Source: Pseudomonadota bacterium
Lineage (GTDB): Bacteria > Myxococcota > JACRCW01 > JAFGSX01
Direction of reading: 5' to 3'
Length of the DNA: 64,000 nucleotides
Assembly: GCA_043821645.1 (NCBI GenBank)
Contig: JBDRCO010000002.1
Span: forward strand, 2,768 to 66,767
Every line of letters begins with the position of its first letter. The stretch's first letter is position 1. Positions 8,144-18,001 of the stretch are shown here, piece by piece. The notes below the pieces were generated by a model, which saw only the letters and a program-made list of their open reading frames with translations, was not told the DNA's origin and searched no databases. Both the position numbers and the translations under genes were made by a program.

Positions 8144-9484
8144 CTACTCCGCCTTGTCGTCGACGCCCAGGTCCACGGCTTCCTTGTCACCCACCGGTTT
8201 GGGCACCAGGTAGATCTCGATGCGGCGGTTGCGGGCGCGGCCGGTGGCCGAGCTGTTCTTGGCGATGGGCGCGTACTCGCTGCGCGCCTCGGCGCTCATG
8301 AGCGAGGGGGTGACCCCCTGCTCCTGCAAGAACTTGGTCACGGTGATGGCGCGGGCCGCACTGAGCTCCCAGTTGCTGGCGTAGCTCACGTTCTTGCCGG
8401 TGGGCACGTTGTCGGTGTGGCCCTCGATGCGGATGCGTCTGTCCTTGATCTCCTTGATGGCGCCGCCCACCGCGGCCAGGGTCTTCTGTCCCATCTCGTT
8501 GAGCTCGGCCGAGCCCGACGGGAACAGCACCTTGTTGGGCATCTCGACGATGACGCCGTCGCGCAGGCGCCTGAGGGCCACGCGCCCATCCTTGACCTCG
8601 GTTTCCAGGGCCTTGGCCAGCTCCTCGTAGTGGTTGTTCTTCTCCTCGAGCTTGCGCTTGTCATCGAGCAGCTTCTGCTTGGCCTTGGACAGCAAGGCCT
8701 GCTCCTCCTCGAGCCTGCGGAGCTCGCCGCGCAGGCTGGCGTTCTGGCTCTCCTGCTGGGCCATCGCACCTTCGAGTTGTGCCAGCCGTTGCTCCGCCTT
8801 GCCCCGCCCGCTCTCGGCCTGGAACAGACCCTCGCGGCTGGTGGCCAGCTCCTCGCCCAGCGAGGTGCGCTGTGCCTCGATCTTGGCGACGTGATCGCGC
8901 CAGCGGTCCATGTCCTTGATCACGGTGGCCGCGGCGACCTCGCCGGTGGTGAGGTCCACCACCCGGCAGTCCTCGTTGAGGATGCGGGTGAGCTCGGTCA
9001 GGGCCAGGGCATTGCTGGCTGCGATGGCCTCGCCCACCCGGTCGTTGGCGAGCTGCAAGCTGCGCTGGTAGGCGTCGGCCCTGTCCCACTGGCCAAAGGT
9101 CGAATCCGTCATCAGGCTGGCCACCCCCGCGCCCAGCAAGCCCAGCGCCCCCAGACCGCCGACGACGCCAGCGCGGGTGCCGGCATCGAAGCTCTGCACG
9201 GTCATCAGGCCGGCCGCAGTCCCCACCGAGGCCACGGCCACCACCCCACCACCCACCGCCGGGTAGAGCTGCCAGGGCGCCTGGGCTTCGAGATAGCGCT
9301 CGTTGCACTTCTCGTAGGACGTTCGCACACCCTGGTAAGCCCCCTGGAGCTCGGGGCTGGAGTCCTTGGGCAGGGGCGGCAAGGGCTGAGCCTTGGTGGT
9401 CGCGCAGCTCGCGCTCAGCAGTGCAATCCCGATCAGCAGCACGGGTCCTGTCATCGAAGGATGAGCGATCCTGAGCGCATGCAT
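8144..9484 (-). CDS. OmpA-family lipoprotein with a long coiled-coil and a C-terminal OmpA/MotB peptidoglycan-binding domain
   Basis: Start at MHALRIAHPSMTGPVLLIGIALLSASC (lipoprotein signal), with a GGGAGG RBS. A central heptad-rich region (LEEKNNHYEELAKALETEVK...) is followed by a C-terminal OmpA_C domain (VLFPSGSAELNEMGQ...RIEGHTDNVPTG...NWELSAARAITV...NRRIEIYLVP). Confidence 0.8.
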   Translation of the reverse strand: MHALRIAHPSMTGPVLLIGIALLSASCATTKAQPLPPLPKDSSPELQGAYQGVRTSYEKCNERYLEAQAPWQLYPAVGGGVVAVASVGTAAGLMTVQSFDAGTRAGVVGGLGALGLLGAGVASLMTDSTFGQWDRADAYQRSLQLANDRVGEAIAASNALALTELTRILNEDCRVVDLTTGEVAAATVIKDMDRWRDHVAKIEAQRTSLGEELATSREGLFQAESGRGKAEQRLAQLEGAMAQQESQNASLRGELRRLEEEQALLSKAKQKLLDDKRKLEEKNNHYEELAKALETEVKDGRVALRRLRDGVIVEMPNKVLFPSGSAELNEMGQKTLAAVGGAIKEIKDRRIRIEGHTDNVPTGKNVSYASNWELSAARAITVTKFLQEQGVTPSLMSAEARSEYAPIAKNSSATGRARNRRIEIYLVPKPVGDKEAVDLGVDDKAE

Positions 9485-9726
9485 CGTGGCCTCCCTGCGT
9501 CGAAGGGGCGGCTGTTCCCCTCCGGGCCCGCGACTGTATCGATTTGTCATCGAAAGAAAAGCCCCGCACCTGCGCGGGGGGCGCGCACGCCGTCGCCTTG
9601 CGCGAGACAAGCTGCTAGAGTGCCGCCCGCGACGAACAGGGAGTCGCATGGACCGTGCATGGGAGCCGTCAGGAAAGAGTCCCGGCGGCGATCACCGTGA
9701 CCGCATTTAGGTGGGATAGGTGTGTC

Positions 9727-12700
9727 ATGAAAACTCGGCGTCTTGTGGGAATCCTGTGTGCGTTGGGGCTCAGCCTGGGCGCAGCGCGCTGCGACTGCAA
9801 CGGAGGCAGCGACGATGCGGGGGGTGCGGACAGCGCGCGGTATGACGCCGGGCGCCACGACACCAGCAGTCCGGATCTCACGGGACGCGACCTGGTCGGG
9901 ATGGATCTGGCGGTCTTTGATGCCGGGCCGGGACAGGACGTTGTGGTCAGCACCGATGCCGCGGGCACCGATGCCGCAGGCACCGACGCCACAGGCACGG
10001 ACGCGGCCACCGGCGACGGCGGCACGGGGAACGACGGGGGTGGCCAGGTCACCGTGACCGAGGCCTGCTCCGGCGCCCCCACCACCACGGCCACCGCGGG
10101 CTCCTGCGAGGTGCAGAACGCCAGCGGCACAGGTCTGCTGCTGGTGGGCACCGTGTTGACGCCAGGGCACGTGTACGAGCCGGGCGGCGTGCTGCTCAAC
10201 GCCAGCGGCACCATCACCTGCGCGGGCTGTGACTGTTTTACCCAGGGCGCCAGCGCGCGCAAGGTGGTGTGCAACGGCGCGGTGATCACACCGGGCCTGA
10301 TCAACACCCACGACCACATCGGCTGGATGGGCGATTCGCCTCATCCCAACATGCCCAATGCCTCGGTGCGCTACGAGCACCGCCACGACTGGCGCACCGG
10401 CGATTCGGCCGATGGCGAGGGCAAGATCACCACCAACGGCGGCGCCACCAACGACATGAAGGCCTGGGGCGAGCTGCGCTTCATCCTGGGCGGCGCCACC
10501 AGCGTCAACGGCTCGGGCACGGCCCCGGGGCTGATGCGCAACCTGGACAAGGCAAGCGGTCTTGAGGGGCTCAGTGCTTCTCCGGTGTTCTACTCGACCT
10601 TCCCCCTGGGCGACAGCAACGGCACCACGCTGTCGTCGGGCTGTGGCTACCCCTCTTTTGACAGCGAGACCACGGTGGCGGCGGCCAACGCCTACACCCC
10701 GCACGTGTCCGAGGGCATCAACGCCTACGCACGCAACGAGGAGCAGTGCCTGACCAGCACCGCCAACGGCGGCCACGACCTGCTCAACGCCAATGCCGCC
10801 ATCATCCACGGCATCGGCCTCAAGGCCAGTGACGTCGAGTCCCTGATCGGCGACGGGGTCAAGCTGATCTGGTCGCCGCGCTCCAACGTGACCCTGTACG
10901 GCGAGACCGCCCAGGTCACGCTGTGGCATCGCCTGGGCGGCATCGTCGGCCTGGGCACCGACTGGATCCCCTCGGGATCGATGAGCATGCTGCGCGAGCT
11001 CGCCTGCGCCGAGTACCTCAACCGCGTGCACTTCGGCAGCTACTTCTCGTTCGAGCAGCTGTGGCGCATGGTCACCTACGACGCGGCACGCAGCCTGGGC
11101 TTGGGCGACAAGCTCGGCCTGCTGGCGGCAAGCCACGTGGGTGACATCGCGATCTTCCGCGACTTCGCCAATGACCCCTTCGAGTCCGTGGTCAAGGCCG
11201 AGGTCGACGACATGCTGCTGGTGCTGCGCGGCGGCCAGGTGCTGGCCGGGCGATCCTCGGTGGTGGCCTCGCTGGAAGCCAACTGCGACGAGATCGACGT
11301 CTGTGGTGTCAACCAGCGGGTCTGCCTGCAGCGCGAGGTCAGCAAGACCTACGCCCAGCTGCAAACAGCGGCCAATGCGCGCTACCCGCTGTTCTTCTGC
11401 AGCGACCCCGATGCCGAGCCCAGCTGCGTGCCCTACCGCGGCAGCAGCGAGTCCGAGGCCGGCTCCAGCACCTACGACCAGGGTCCGGTGGCGGGCGTCG
11501 ACGACGATGGCGACGGCATCGCCAACAGCCAGGACAACTGCCCGCACGTGTTCAACCCGATTCGCCCCATCGACAGCCAGGCCCAGGGCGACGTCGACAC
11601 CGACGGCGTGGGCGATGTCTGCGATCCCTGCCCCTTTGACGCCAACACCAGTGCCTGCTCGCCCTTCAACCCCGACGATCTGGACAGGGACGGCGTGAAC
11701 GACCTGGTGGACAACTGCCCGGGCGTGCCCAACCCGGCTCCCCAGGTCGATTCGGACAGCGACGGCAAGGGCGATGCCTGTGATCTCTGCCCCAACGCTG
11801 CCAACCCTGGCACCGCGGGCTGTCCGGTCACCGTCGTCGAATTGCAGACGGACACCGTGCCTGTGGGCTCCCGGGTTCGCGTGAGCTGCGCGGTCAGCGG
11901 CATCGGCAGCAAGGGCTTCTTCTGCCAGACCCGCGCCGGCGGCCCCAACAGCGGCCTGTACGTCTTCACCAATGCACCACCCGAGGTGGAGTCACGGGCC
12001 CTGGCCGAGGGCGACGACGTCGATGTCGATGGCACCTACACCGATTACTACGGCATGTGCGAGCTGACTGCTCCCACCCTGAGCTTCGTCGCCAATGGCG
12101 GTGCGGTGCAGCCCTTCACGGCGCCGGCCGCGGATCTTGCCACCGGTGGGAGCCTGGCCGAGAGCTACGAGGGCGTGCTGGTGCGCGTGACCGGCGTCTC
12201 GGTCACGGACTTCAATGCAGACGATAGCCCCGACGGCAGCAACACCCCCGACTATGATGAGTTCGCGCTCACCGATGGCCTGCGCGTCGACGATCTGCTC
12301 TACGACGCCCTGGACAACACCTTTGCCGTGGGCACCAATTTCAGCGCCGTCGTCGGGCCGCTGTTCTACAGCTTCAGCAATACCAAGATCTTGCCACGCC
12401 GCGACAGCGACCTGCAGACGGGACCGCCCAAGCTGCGCAGCTTCAGTGCCGGCAGCGTGTACCAGCGGATCACGGGTGCCCCGGCCACGACCCTCCCCGA
12501 GGCGCTCTACGTCGAGATGACCCGTGCCGTGGAGAGCGACACCGCCATCACCCTGGCAGCCCTGCCCGCGGGCTTGATCGAGGTGCCAGCCCAGGTCACC
12601 ATCCCCACCGGCAGCGACCGCGTCGAGGTGCAGGTGCGCGGCCTGGCAGCGTCGAGCACCGCCGCACACCTGACGGCCTCTCTCGACACGGACAGCGCCC

Positions 12701-13530
12701 AGACCGACGTGATCGTCCTCGCCGACGACGCACCGGCCCAGGTGGTCGCCCTCGAGCCAGGCCAGACCACGCTCCCTGTCGACGGCAGCGGGGACTTCAC
12801 GGTCTACCTGGACCTCCCGGCCCCCACGGGCGGTAGTGTCGTGGACCTGGCCGTGGTTCCTGACGATGTCGTGAGTCCGGGCACTGTCGCGGCCAGTGTC
12901 ACCGTGCCCTTCAACGCCATGAGCAGTCTCTTCACTTTCCACGCCGGGGCCGAGCCGGCGAGCGGATGGGTCACCGCGAGCCTGGGCGCCGCCTCAGCGG
13001 TGACCGCGCACATCACCGTCATCGACCCCACCACCCTGTCCCTGGACCTCACGGACTGGCGCCTCAACCAGGCCAACAGCACCCAGAGCTTTACCCTGCC
13101 CTCCGGCACCTGGATCCACGTCAACGGCTACGTGATCATTGCCCGGAACTCGACCAAGACGGATTTCGAGACCTTCTGGGGTGTCACCCTGGGTGACGAT
13201 GTGACCTACGTGGACTCGGGTGGTGCCATCCCTCAGATCAACGGCGGCGAGACCTTCACCCTGCTCGACAGCGGTTCCATCCCCGTCGTCGATGGCCCCA
13301 GCGTAGCGCTCGCCGCGACGGGCAAGTGTCACCAGCGCAAGGTGCCCGTCCAGGCCGCCAGTGGCAGCGACTCCTGGACCGTGGTCGCCGAGGCCAGCGG
13401 CAACCCCGGCAGTGGCCAGACCCCTGGTGCAAGCCCGAGCGGGGTCTACATCAGTGAGTTCTGCGACGCCACGGGCACCGGCAACTTCAACTACGAGTTC
13501 GTCGAGCTCTACTTCGACGGCACGCCCTGA
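9727..13530 (+). CDS. Large secreted multidomain protein: amidohydrolase domain, thrombospondin type-3 Ca-binding repeats, and a C-terminal lamin-tail domain
   Basis: Start at [22 protein letters not shown] (signal peptide). A metal-dependent hydrolase motif [11 protein letters not shown] is present. TSP3-like repeats follow ([20 protein letters not shown]...[33 protein letters not shown]...[14 protein letters not shown]). An LTD-like C-terminus reads [28 protein letters not shown]. Confidence 0.75.
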   Translation: MKTRRLVGILCALGLSLGAARCDCNGGSDDAGGADSARYDAGRHDTSSPDLTGRDLVGMDLAVFDAGPGQDVVVSTDAAGTDAAGTDATGTDAATGDGGTGNDGGGQVTVTEACSGAPTTTATAGSCEVQNASGTGLLLVGTVLTPGHVYEPGGVLLNASGTITCAGCDCFTQGASARKVVCNGAVITPGLINTHDHIGWMGDSPHPNMPNASVRYEHRHDWRTGDSADGEGKITTNGGATNDMKAWGELRFILGGATSVNGSGTAPGLMRNLDKASGLEGLSASPVFYSTFPLGDSNGTTLSSGCGYPSFDSETTVAAANAYTPHVSEGINAYARNEEQCLTSTANGGHDLLNANAAIIHGIGLKASDVESLIGDGVKLIWSPRSNVTLYGETAQVTLWHRLGGIVGLGTDWIPSGSMSMLRELACAEYLNRVHFGSYFSFEQLWRMVTYDAARSLGLGDKLGLLAASHVGDIAIFRDFANDPFESVVKAEVDDMLLVLRGGQVLAGRSSVVASLEANCDEIDVCGVNQRVCLQREVSKTYAQLQTAANARYPLFFCSDPDAEPSCVPYRGSSESEAGSSTYDQGPVAGVDDDGDGIANSQDNCPHVFNPIRPIDSQAQGDVDTDGVGDVCDPCPFDANTSACSPFNPDDLDRDGVNDLVDNCPGVPNPAPQVDSDSDGKGDACDLCPNAANPGTAGCPVTVVELQTDTVPVGSRVRVSCAVSGIGSKGFFCQTRAGGPNSGLYVFTNAPPEVESRALAEGDDVDVDGTYTDYYGMCELTAPTLSFVANGGAVQPFTAPAADLATGGSLAESYEGVLVRVTGVSVTDFNADDSPDGSNTPDYDEFALTDGLRVDDLLYDALDNTFAVGTNFSAVVGPLFYSFSNTKILPRRDSDLQTGPPKLRSFSAGSVYQRITGAPATTLPEALYVEMTRAVESDTAITLAALPAGLIEVPAQVTIPTGSDRVEVQVRGLAASSTAAHLTASLDTDSAQTDVIVLADDAPAQVVALEPGQTTLPVDGSGDFTVYLDLPAPTGGSVVDLAVVPDDVVSPGTVAASVTVPFNAMSSLFTFHAGAEPASGWVTASLGAASAVTAHITVIDPTTLSLDLTDWRLNQANSTQSFTLPSGTWIHVNGYVIIARNSTKTDFETFWGVTLGDDVTYVDSGGAIPQINGGETFTLLDSGSIPVVDGPSVALAATGKCHQRKVPVQAASGSDSWTVVAEASGNPGSGQTPGASPSGVYISEFCDATGTGNFNYEFVELYFDGTP

Positions 13531-13541
13531 TCTGAGCCTCG

Positions 13542-14699
13542 ATGTCTCTGGTCCTCGTCGGCGTCACCCTGCTGCTGTGGGCGCTCACCACGCTGCGCGC
13601 GGTGAGGGCGGTGCGGCGCACGCCCGTGCTGCGTCCTGCGCAGACCCGCAGGGAGCCTGCCCACCTCGCCGTGTTCATCCCGGTCCGCGACGAGCGGGAA
13701 GATCTGCCGCGGCTGCTGGCCTCGCTGCACGCGCAACGCGATGTGCGCCTTGACGTGGTGGTGTTCGACGACGGATCCACCGACGGCACCTCGGCCTGGC
13801 TCGATGAGCAGGCACGCAGCGACGGAGCGCTCCAGGTGCTCCATGGCGAAGCCGACCCACCTGCAGGCTGGTGTGGCAAGACCCATGCCTTGACCCGCGC
13901 CGTCGAAGCCTACGGCGGCGACGCCTCGCTGTGGTTGTTCGTCGACGCCGACGTGGAGCTGGATCCCGCGACCCTGATTTCCCTCGTCACGGAGCTGGAG
14001 CAGCAGCGGGTGGACCTGGTCTCACCGCTGCCCACCCTGACGCTGGAGACCTTCTGGGCCCGGGTGCTGGGGCCCAACTTCGCGGCCGTGGCCTTTCTGG
14101 ACTATCCACCACCCCGGGTGAACGACCCGGCGGATCCAACAGCGTTCTTCAACGGCCAGATCCTGCTGGTCCGACGCGAGGTCTTCGTGGACTCCGGGGG
14201 CTTTGCGGCGGTGCGTGACGAGGTTCTCGAAGACGTGGCGCTGGCGCGCCGGATCAAGGCTCGGGGCGGCAGGTTGCGCGTCGTCAACGGCCAGGGGCTG
14301 GTGCGCACGCGCATGTACCGCACCCTGCGGGAACACGTCGAGGGCTGGAGCAAGAACATCTTTGCCCTGCTCGGTAGCCGGCGTTCGCGCGCTCTTTTCG
14401 TGGCGCTGTTCGTGACCCTGATGTCCTGGCTTCCCCTGGCCTGCTTGATCGCCGCGCTCATCGCCTGGGGTGCGGGCGAGCCGGCGAGAGCCGCCCTGGC
14501 TGGCGCGGGATATCTGCTGCCCGTGACGGCCCAGATCGCGCTTCGCGGCCTCGGCCACGCGGCCCCCCTGTACGCGCCTGTGGCCCCGCTGGCCTCGCTG
14601 ATCGTTGCAGGCACCCTGCTGCGCGCTGCGTGGTCGTCGAGCCCGAGATCCTGGAAAGGCCGTCACTACCCGACGAAGAGCCCGGAGCACCAGGCTTGA
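13542..14699 (+). CDS. GT2-family glycosyltransferase (membrane-anchored, HpnI/ceramide-glucosyltransferase-like)
   Basis: VFIPVRDEREDLPRLLASLHAQ...VVVFDDGSTDGT, a DxD-type GT-A fold. A GWCGK motif is present, and there are C-terminal transmembrane helices. Confidence 0.75.
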   Translation: MSLVLVGVTLLLWALTTLRAVRAVRRTPVLRPAQTRREPAHLAVFIPVRDEREDLPRLLASLHAQRDVRLDVVVFDDGSTDGTSAWLDEQARSDGALQVLHGEADPPAGWCGKTHALTRAVEAYGGDASLWLFVDADVELDPATLISLVTELEQQRVDLVSPLPTLTLETFWARVLGPNFAAVAFLDYPPPRVNDPADPTAFFNGQILLVRREVFVDSGGFAAVRDEVLEDVALARRIKARGGRLRVVNGQGLVRTRMYRTLREHVEGWSKNIFALLGSRRSRALFVALFVTLMSWLPLACLIAALIAWGAGEPARAALAGAGYLLPVTAQIALRGLGHAAPLYAPVAPLASLIVAGTLLRAAWSSSPRSWKGRHYPTKSPEHQA

Positions 14700-14731
14700 G
14701 ACCGGTGCTCGCGGGCTGCTAAGGTCCACCC

Positions 14732-15184
14732 ATGCGAACATCCTCCTGGCACGTCGTGCTCGCGGCCCTTCTGGGGAGCGCTGTCCTGGGCTGCCCGAAT
14801 TCGCCCGAGCCCAATCCCAGCTTCGACGCCAGTCGCAGCCCCTGTGCGAGCAGCCACGAATGCCCGCCGGGTCTGTACTGCATCGACTTCTATTGCCGGG
14901 AACTGCCACCCGATGCGGGCTGGCCGGACCAGGGCGTGGCGGACAGTGCGCCCGACGCCAGCGCCCAGGACGTGGCGTCCACGGACCAGGCTGTCCTCGA
15001 TGCGACGGCCGAAGACGGCGCCAGCGATGCAGCCTTCGAAGATGCCGGACCGGAAGACACCGTCCCGACGGACCGGGCGATGGAAGATGGCATCTCCGTC
15101 GACGCGGCGAGTGACGATGGCAGCGCCGAGGACGCCTTGGTCGATGATTCCGGACCCGAGGACGGCGCCGTTGAGGATGCCTGA
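14732..15184 (+). CDS. Small acidic lipoprotein with a Cys motif (hypothetical)
   Basis: Signal peptide with lipobox MRTSSWHVVLAALLGSAVLGC. A CASSHECPPGLYCIDFYC cluster is followed by an Asp/Ala/Glu-rich tail. Confidence 0.5.
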   Translation: MRTSSWHVVLAALLGSAVLGCPNSPEPNPSFDASRSPCASSHECPPGLYCIDFYCRELPPDAGWPDQGVADSAPDASAQDVASTDQAVLDATAEDGASDAAFEDAGPEDTVPTDRAMEDGISVDAASDDGSAEDALVDDSGPEDGAVEDA

Positions 15185-15408
15185 GCCCATGGTCACCGCC
15201 CCCAACCTGGTCTCCTTGCAACGCAGCCTCGAGCAGGCGGTGGATCTGGTCAGCGAGCGCTGCTCTCAGAATGTCGTGGCAATCCTCGGGGCGGCCGTGC
15301 GCAAGGGCCCCGGGACCCCGACGCACACCGCCCATGAGTTTCGTGTGCTCGGCGGCGTCGAGATCAAGATCAGCCCGCGGTTCGCTGGTTCGCGCTGAGC
15401 GCGGTCCC

Positions 15409-16932
15409 ATGCGCTGGCCCCGGCTCCACCACACCGTGACCCGGCGTCTGTTGCTGCTCACGACGACCCTGACCCTGGCGTCCCAGGCCCTGGCTCGCCC
15501 CGGTGACTGGGTCGAGCCCATCGCGGTGGACAGCACCCCCTTTTGGCACCGCGCGAGCCCGGCCGATCGCCTGGACCTGGTGCATGGCGCGTCCTGCCCC
15601 GAGGACGACCGTGTCGACGGCGTGGAGCATGTGTTGGCGATCGAGGTGACCACGCCATCTTTGCTTCGCGTCGAGTGGACCGCGGTCCCCGACTGCACCG
15701 CAGCCGTCACCGTGCTCGGACGCCGCGATCTGAGTCCGACGGGACATGTCCTGGACTGCCGAGCCAGGGCCTCACGTGCGCTTGCCCTGCCCGTCGAGGC
15801 AGATCGCTTTCACATCCTGATCGAGCAACCCACCACACCCGCAGGCTGCGAGATCCTGCTGCGCGTCGACCTGGAGCCGCTCAACACCTGGTCCCAGCGC
15901 TCCGTCGCGCCCGGGGTCACCCTGCGCACCTGGCGCGGTGAGGACGACCAGGGCGAACCCCGCTTCGTGGCTCTGCTCGACGTGGACACGCGGGTCCCTG
16001 GAGTATCCCTGCGTCCCCTGCAAGCCCGGGGCTGTGTTCTGACCTCGCAGCTCGGCCGCGACGCCGGCGCCGTGGCCGCTCTCAATGGCGGTTTCTTCGG
16101 GGGACCGCGCTGCCGTTCGGTCTCTTTGCTGCAGATCGACGGGGATCTGCTCGCCTTCAACAGTCGCCCCCGGGCAGCCCTGGGCGTGGACTCGGCCGGT
16201 GCCCTACACATCGCGCGCATCGCCCCGCGCCTCGGCTGGCCCGAGATGCGCCATGCCCTCGGCGGTGTGCCGCAGCTGGTGAAGGCGGGCCAGGCCGGGG
16301 TGAGCTGGCGAGAGGAGGCCGCGCGCCAGGATTTTGCCCAGGGCGCGCACCCCCGCAGCGCCGTGGCCGTCACTCCACACGGTGCACTGCTGCTGGCCGT
16401 GGACGGTCGCACCGAGGCGGGGGGGGGTATGACTCTCGACGAGCTGGCCCGCTTTCTCGTCGTGCAAGGCGCGGTCGATGCGCTCAACCTCGATGGCGGA
16501 GGCTCCACCACCCTGTGGGTGCGCGGCGAGCCCGGGGGAGGCGTGATCAACCATCCCAGCGACAATGGGCTGGCCGACCACGCGGGTGAGCGACCGGTGG
16601 CCAACGCCCTGGGGGTGTTTGCTCCCGCGCGAGAGCCGCGCCTGTTCTGGGTCACGAGGCCACCCGGGACGACGGTGGGGCCGGCGGAGGTCTGGAACTA
16701 CGAGGCACTGGCCGTGGCCGACGACGGTTCCCGGGTTCGCTACAGGCTGGAGACGGGCGGCGCAAGCGGTGCCCTGCTGGTCGAACGGTCCGACGGCAGC
16801 GCCCAGGTGGAACTCCGCCCGTCCCCGGGGCCGCCGCGCCTGGTTCGGCTGGTCCTGCACGCACAGGTCGGCGGTGGTCCAGACCTCGCACAGCGCCTCG
16901 ATGTCGCGGTGGTCGAGGAATTCGCGCCCTGA
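15409..16932 (+). CDS. Phosphodiester glycosidase family protein (NAGPA-like, DUF2233)
   Basis: Start at MRWPRLHHTVTRRLLLLTTTLTLASQALA (signal peptide). Hallmark motifs ALNGGFFGGPRC and ALNLDGGGSTTLWV are present. Confidence 0.7.
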   Translation: MRWPRLHHTVTRRLLLLTTTLTLASQALARPGDWVEPIAVDSTPFWHRASPADRLDLVHGASCPEDDRVDGVEHVLAIEVTTPSLLRVEWTAVPDCTAAVTVLGRRDLSPTGHVLDCRARASRALALPVEADRFHILIEQPTTPAGCEILLRVDLEPLNTWSQRSVAPGVTLRTWRGEDDQGEPRFVALLDVDTRVPGVSLRPLQARGCVLTSQLGRDAGAVAALNGGFFGGPRCRSVSLLQIDGDLLAFNSRPRAALGVDSAGALHIARIAPRLGWPEMRHALGGVPQLVKAGQAGVSWREEAARQDFAQGAHPRSAVAVTPHGALLLAVDGRTEAGGGMTLDELARFLVVQGAVDALNLDGGGSTTLWVRGEPGGGVINHPSDNGLADHAGERPVANALGVFAPAREPRLFWVTRPPGTTVGPAEVWNYEALAVADDGSRVRYRLETGGASGALLVERSDGSAQVELRPSPGPPRLVRLVLHAQVGGGPDLAQRLDVAVVEEFAP

Positions 16933-16947
16933 GACCTCGATGCTACA

Positions 16948-18000
16948 ATGTGTCCGCGGTGTGCCCGACGTGACGAGGTGAGCGTGTCCGAGTTGGCTGT
17001 GCCTGCGACCTCGACGGCCACGACCGGTGCCCGGGACGGCATCGAGCTCAGCGTGATCCTGCCGGTGCACGACGAGCGCGAAAACCTGCTCCCCCTGTTC
17101 GATGAGATCGCCCAGGCGCTCGATGGCGCAGGCCGCTACGAGATCATCGCAGTCGACGACGCCAGCACCGACGGCAGCAGCGAATTGCTGCGCGAGGCCT
17201 GCGCGCAACGACCCGCGCTCCGGGTGATCCGGTTCCGCCGTCAGAGCGGGCAAACCGCGGCCTTCGATGCGGGTTTTCGCCACGCTCGCGGCAGCCTGGT
17301 GGTGACTCTGGACGCCGACGGACAGAACGACCCTGCGGACATTCCGCGCATGGTGGCCGAGCTGCACCGAGGCTGTGACATGGTCAGTGGCTGGCGCCGA
17401 CATCGACGGGATGGCTGGTTCCTGCGTCGGCTTCCGTCGCGCCTCGCCAACGCCCTGATCCGCCGCATCACCCGCGCGCCGGTGCACGACCTGGGCTGCA
17501 GCCTGCGCGTGTACCGCCGCGAGATCGTGCAGGAGCTCCGGCTGTACGGCGAGATGCATCGCTTCATCGCGCCGCTCGCCGACAGCATGGGCGCGCGCAT
17601 CTCCGAGCTCGAGGTGAACCACCGACCGCGCCGATCTGGCCGCAGCAAGTACGGGATAGGCCGCACCTTGAAGGTGCTGCTCGACCTGCTCACGGTCTGG
17701 TTCATGCGCGGCTACCAGACCAATCCCATCTACCTGTTTGGCGGCACAGGCCTCGGCCTGTTCGCGCTCAGCGCCCTGGTGTCGGCCTACGTGCTGTACC
17801 AGAAATATTTTCTCGGGGCCTGGGTGCACAAGAACCCGCTGTTCATCCTCGCCGTCATGTTCGCGCTCATGGGCATGCAGGCCCTGGGTGCGGGCCTGCT
17901 GGCTGAGGTCAGCATCCGCACCTACTTCGAATCGCAGGGCAAACCCACCTACCACATCGCCGAGACCATCGGCTTCGACGACAGCCGCGGGCTGGGCTGA
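16948..18000 (+). CDS. Polyprenyl-phosphate glycosyltransferase (GT2, Dpm1/GtrB/ArnC-like)
   Basis: LSVILPVHDERENLLPLF...IIAVDDASTDGS, with a C-terminal pair of transmembrane helices typical of GtrB/ArnC. The start could instead be a downstream GTG. The stop overlaps the asnB start (TGAcATG). Confidence 0.8.
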   Translation: MCPRCARRDEVSVSELAVPATSTATTGARDGIELSVILPVHDERENLLPLFDEIAQALDGAGRYEIIAVDDASTDGSSELLREACAQRPALRVIRFRRQSGQTAAFDAGFRHARGSLVVTLDADGQNDPADIPRMVAELHRGCDMVSGWRRHRRDGWFLRRLPSRLANALIRRITRAPVHDLGCSLRVYRREIVQELRLYGEMHRFIAPLADSMGARISELEVNHRPRRSGRSKYGIGRTLKVLLDLLTVWFMRGYQTNPIYLFGGTGLGLFALSALVSAYVLYQKYFLGAWVHKNPLFILAVMFALMGMQALGAGLLAEVSIRTYFESQGKPTYHIAETIGFDDSRGLG

Positions 18001-18001
18001 C

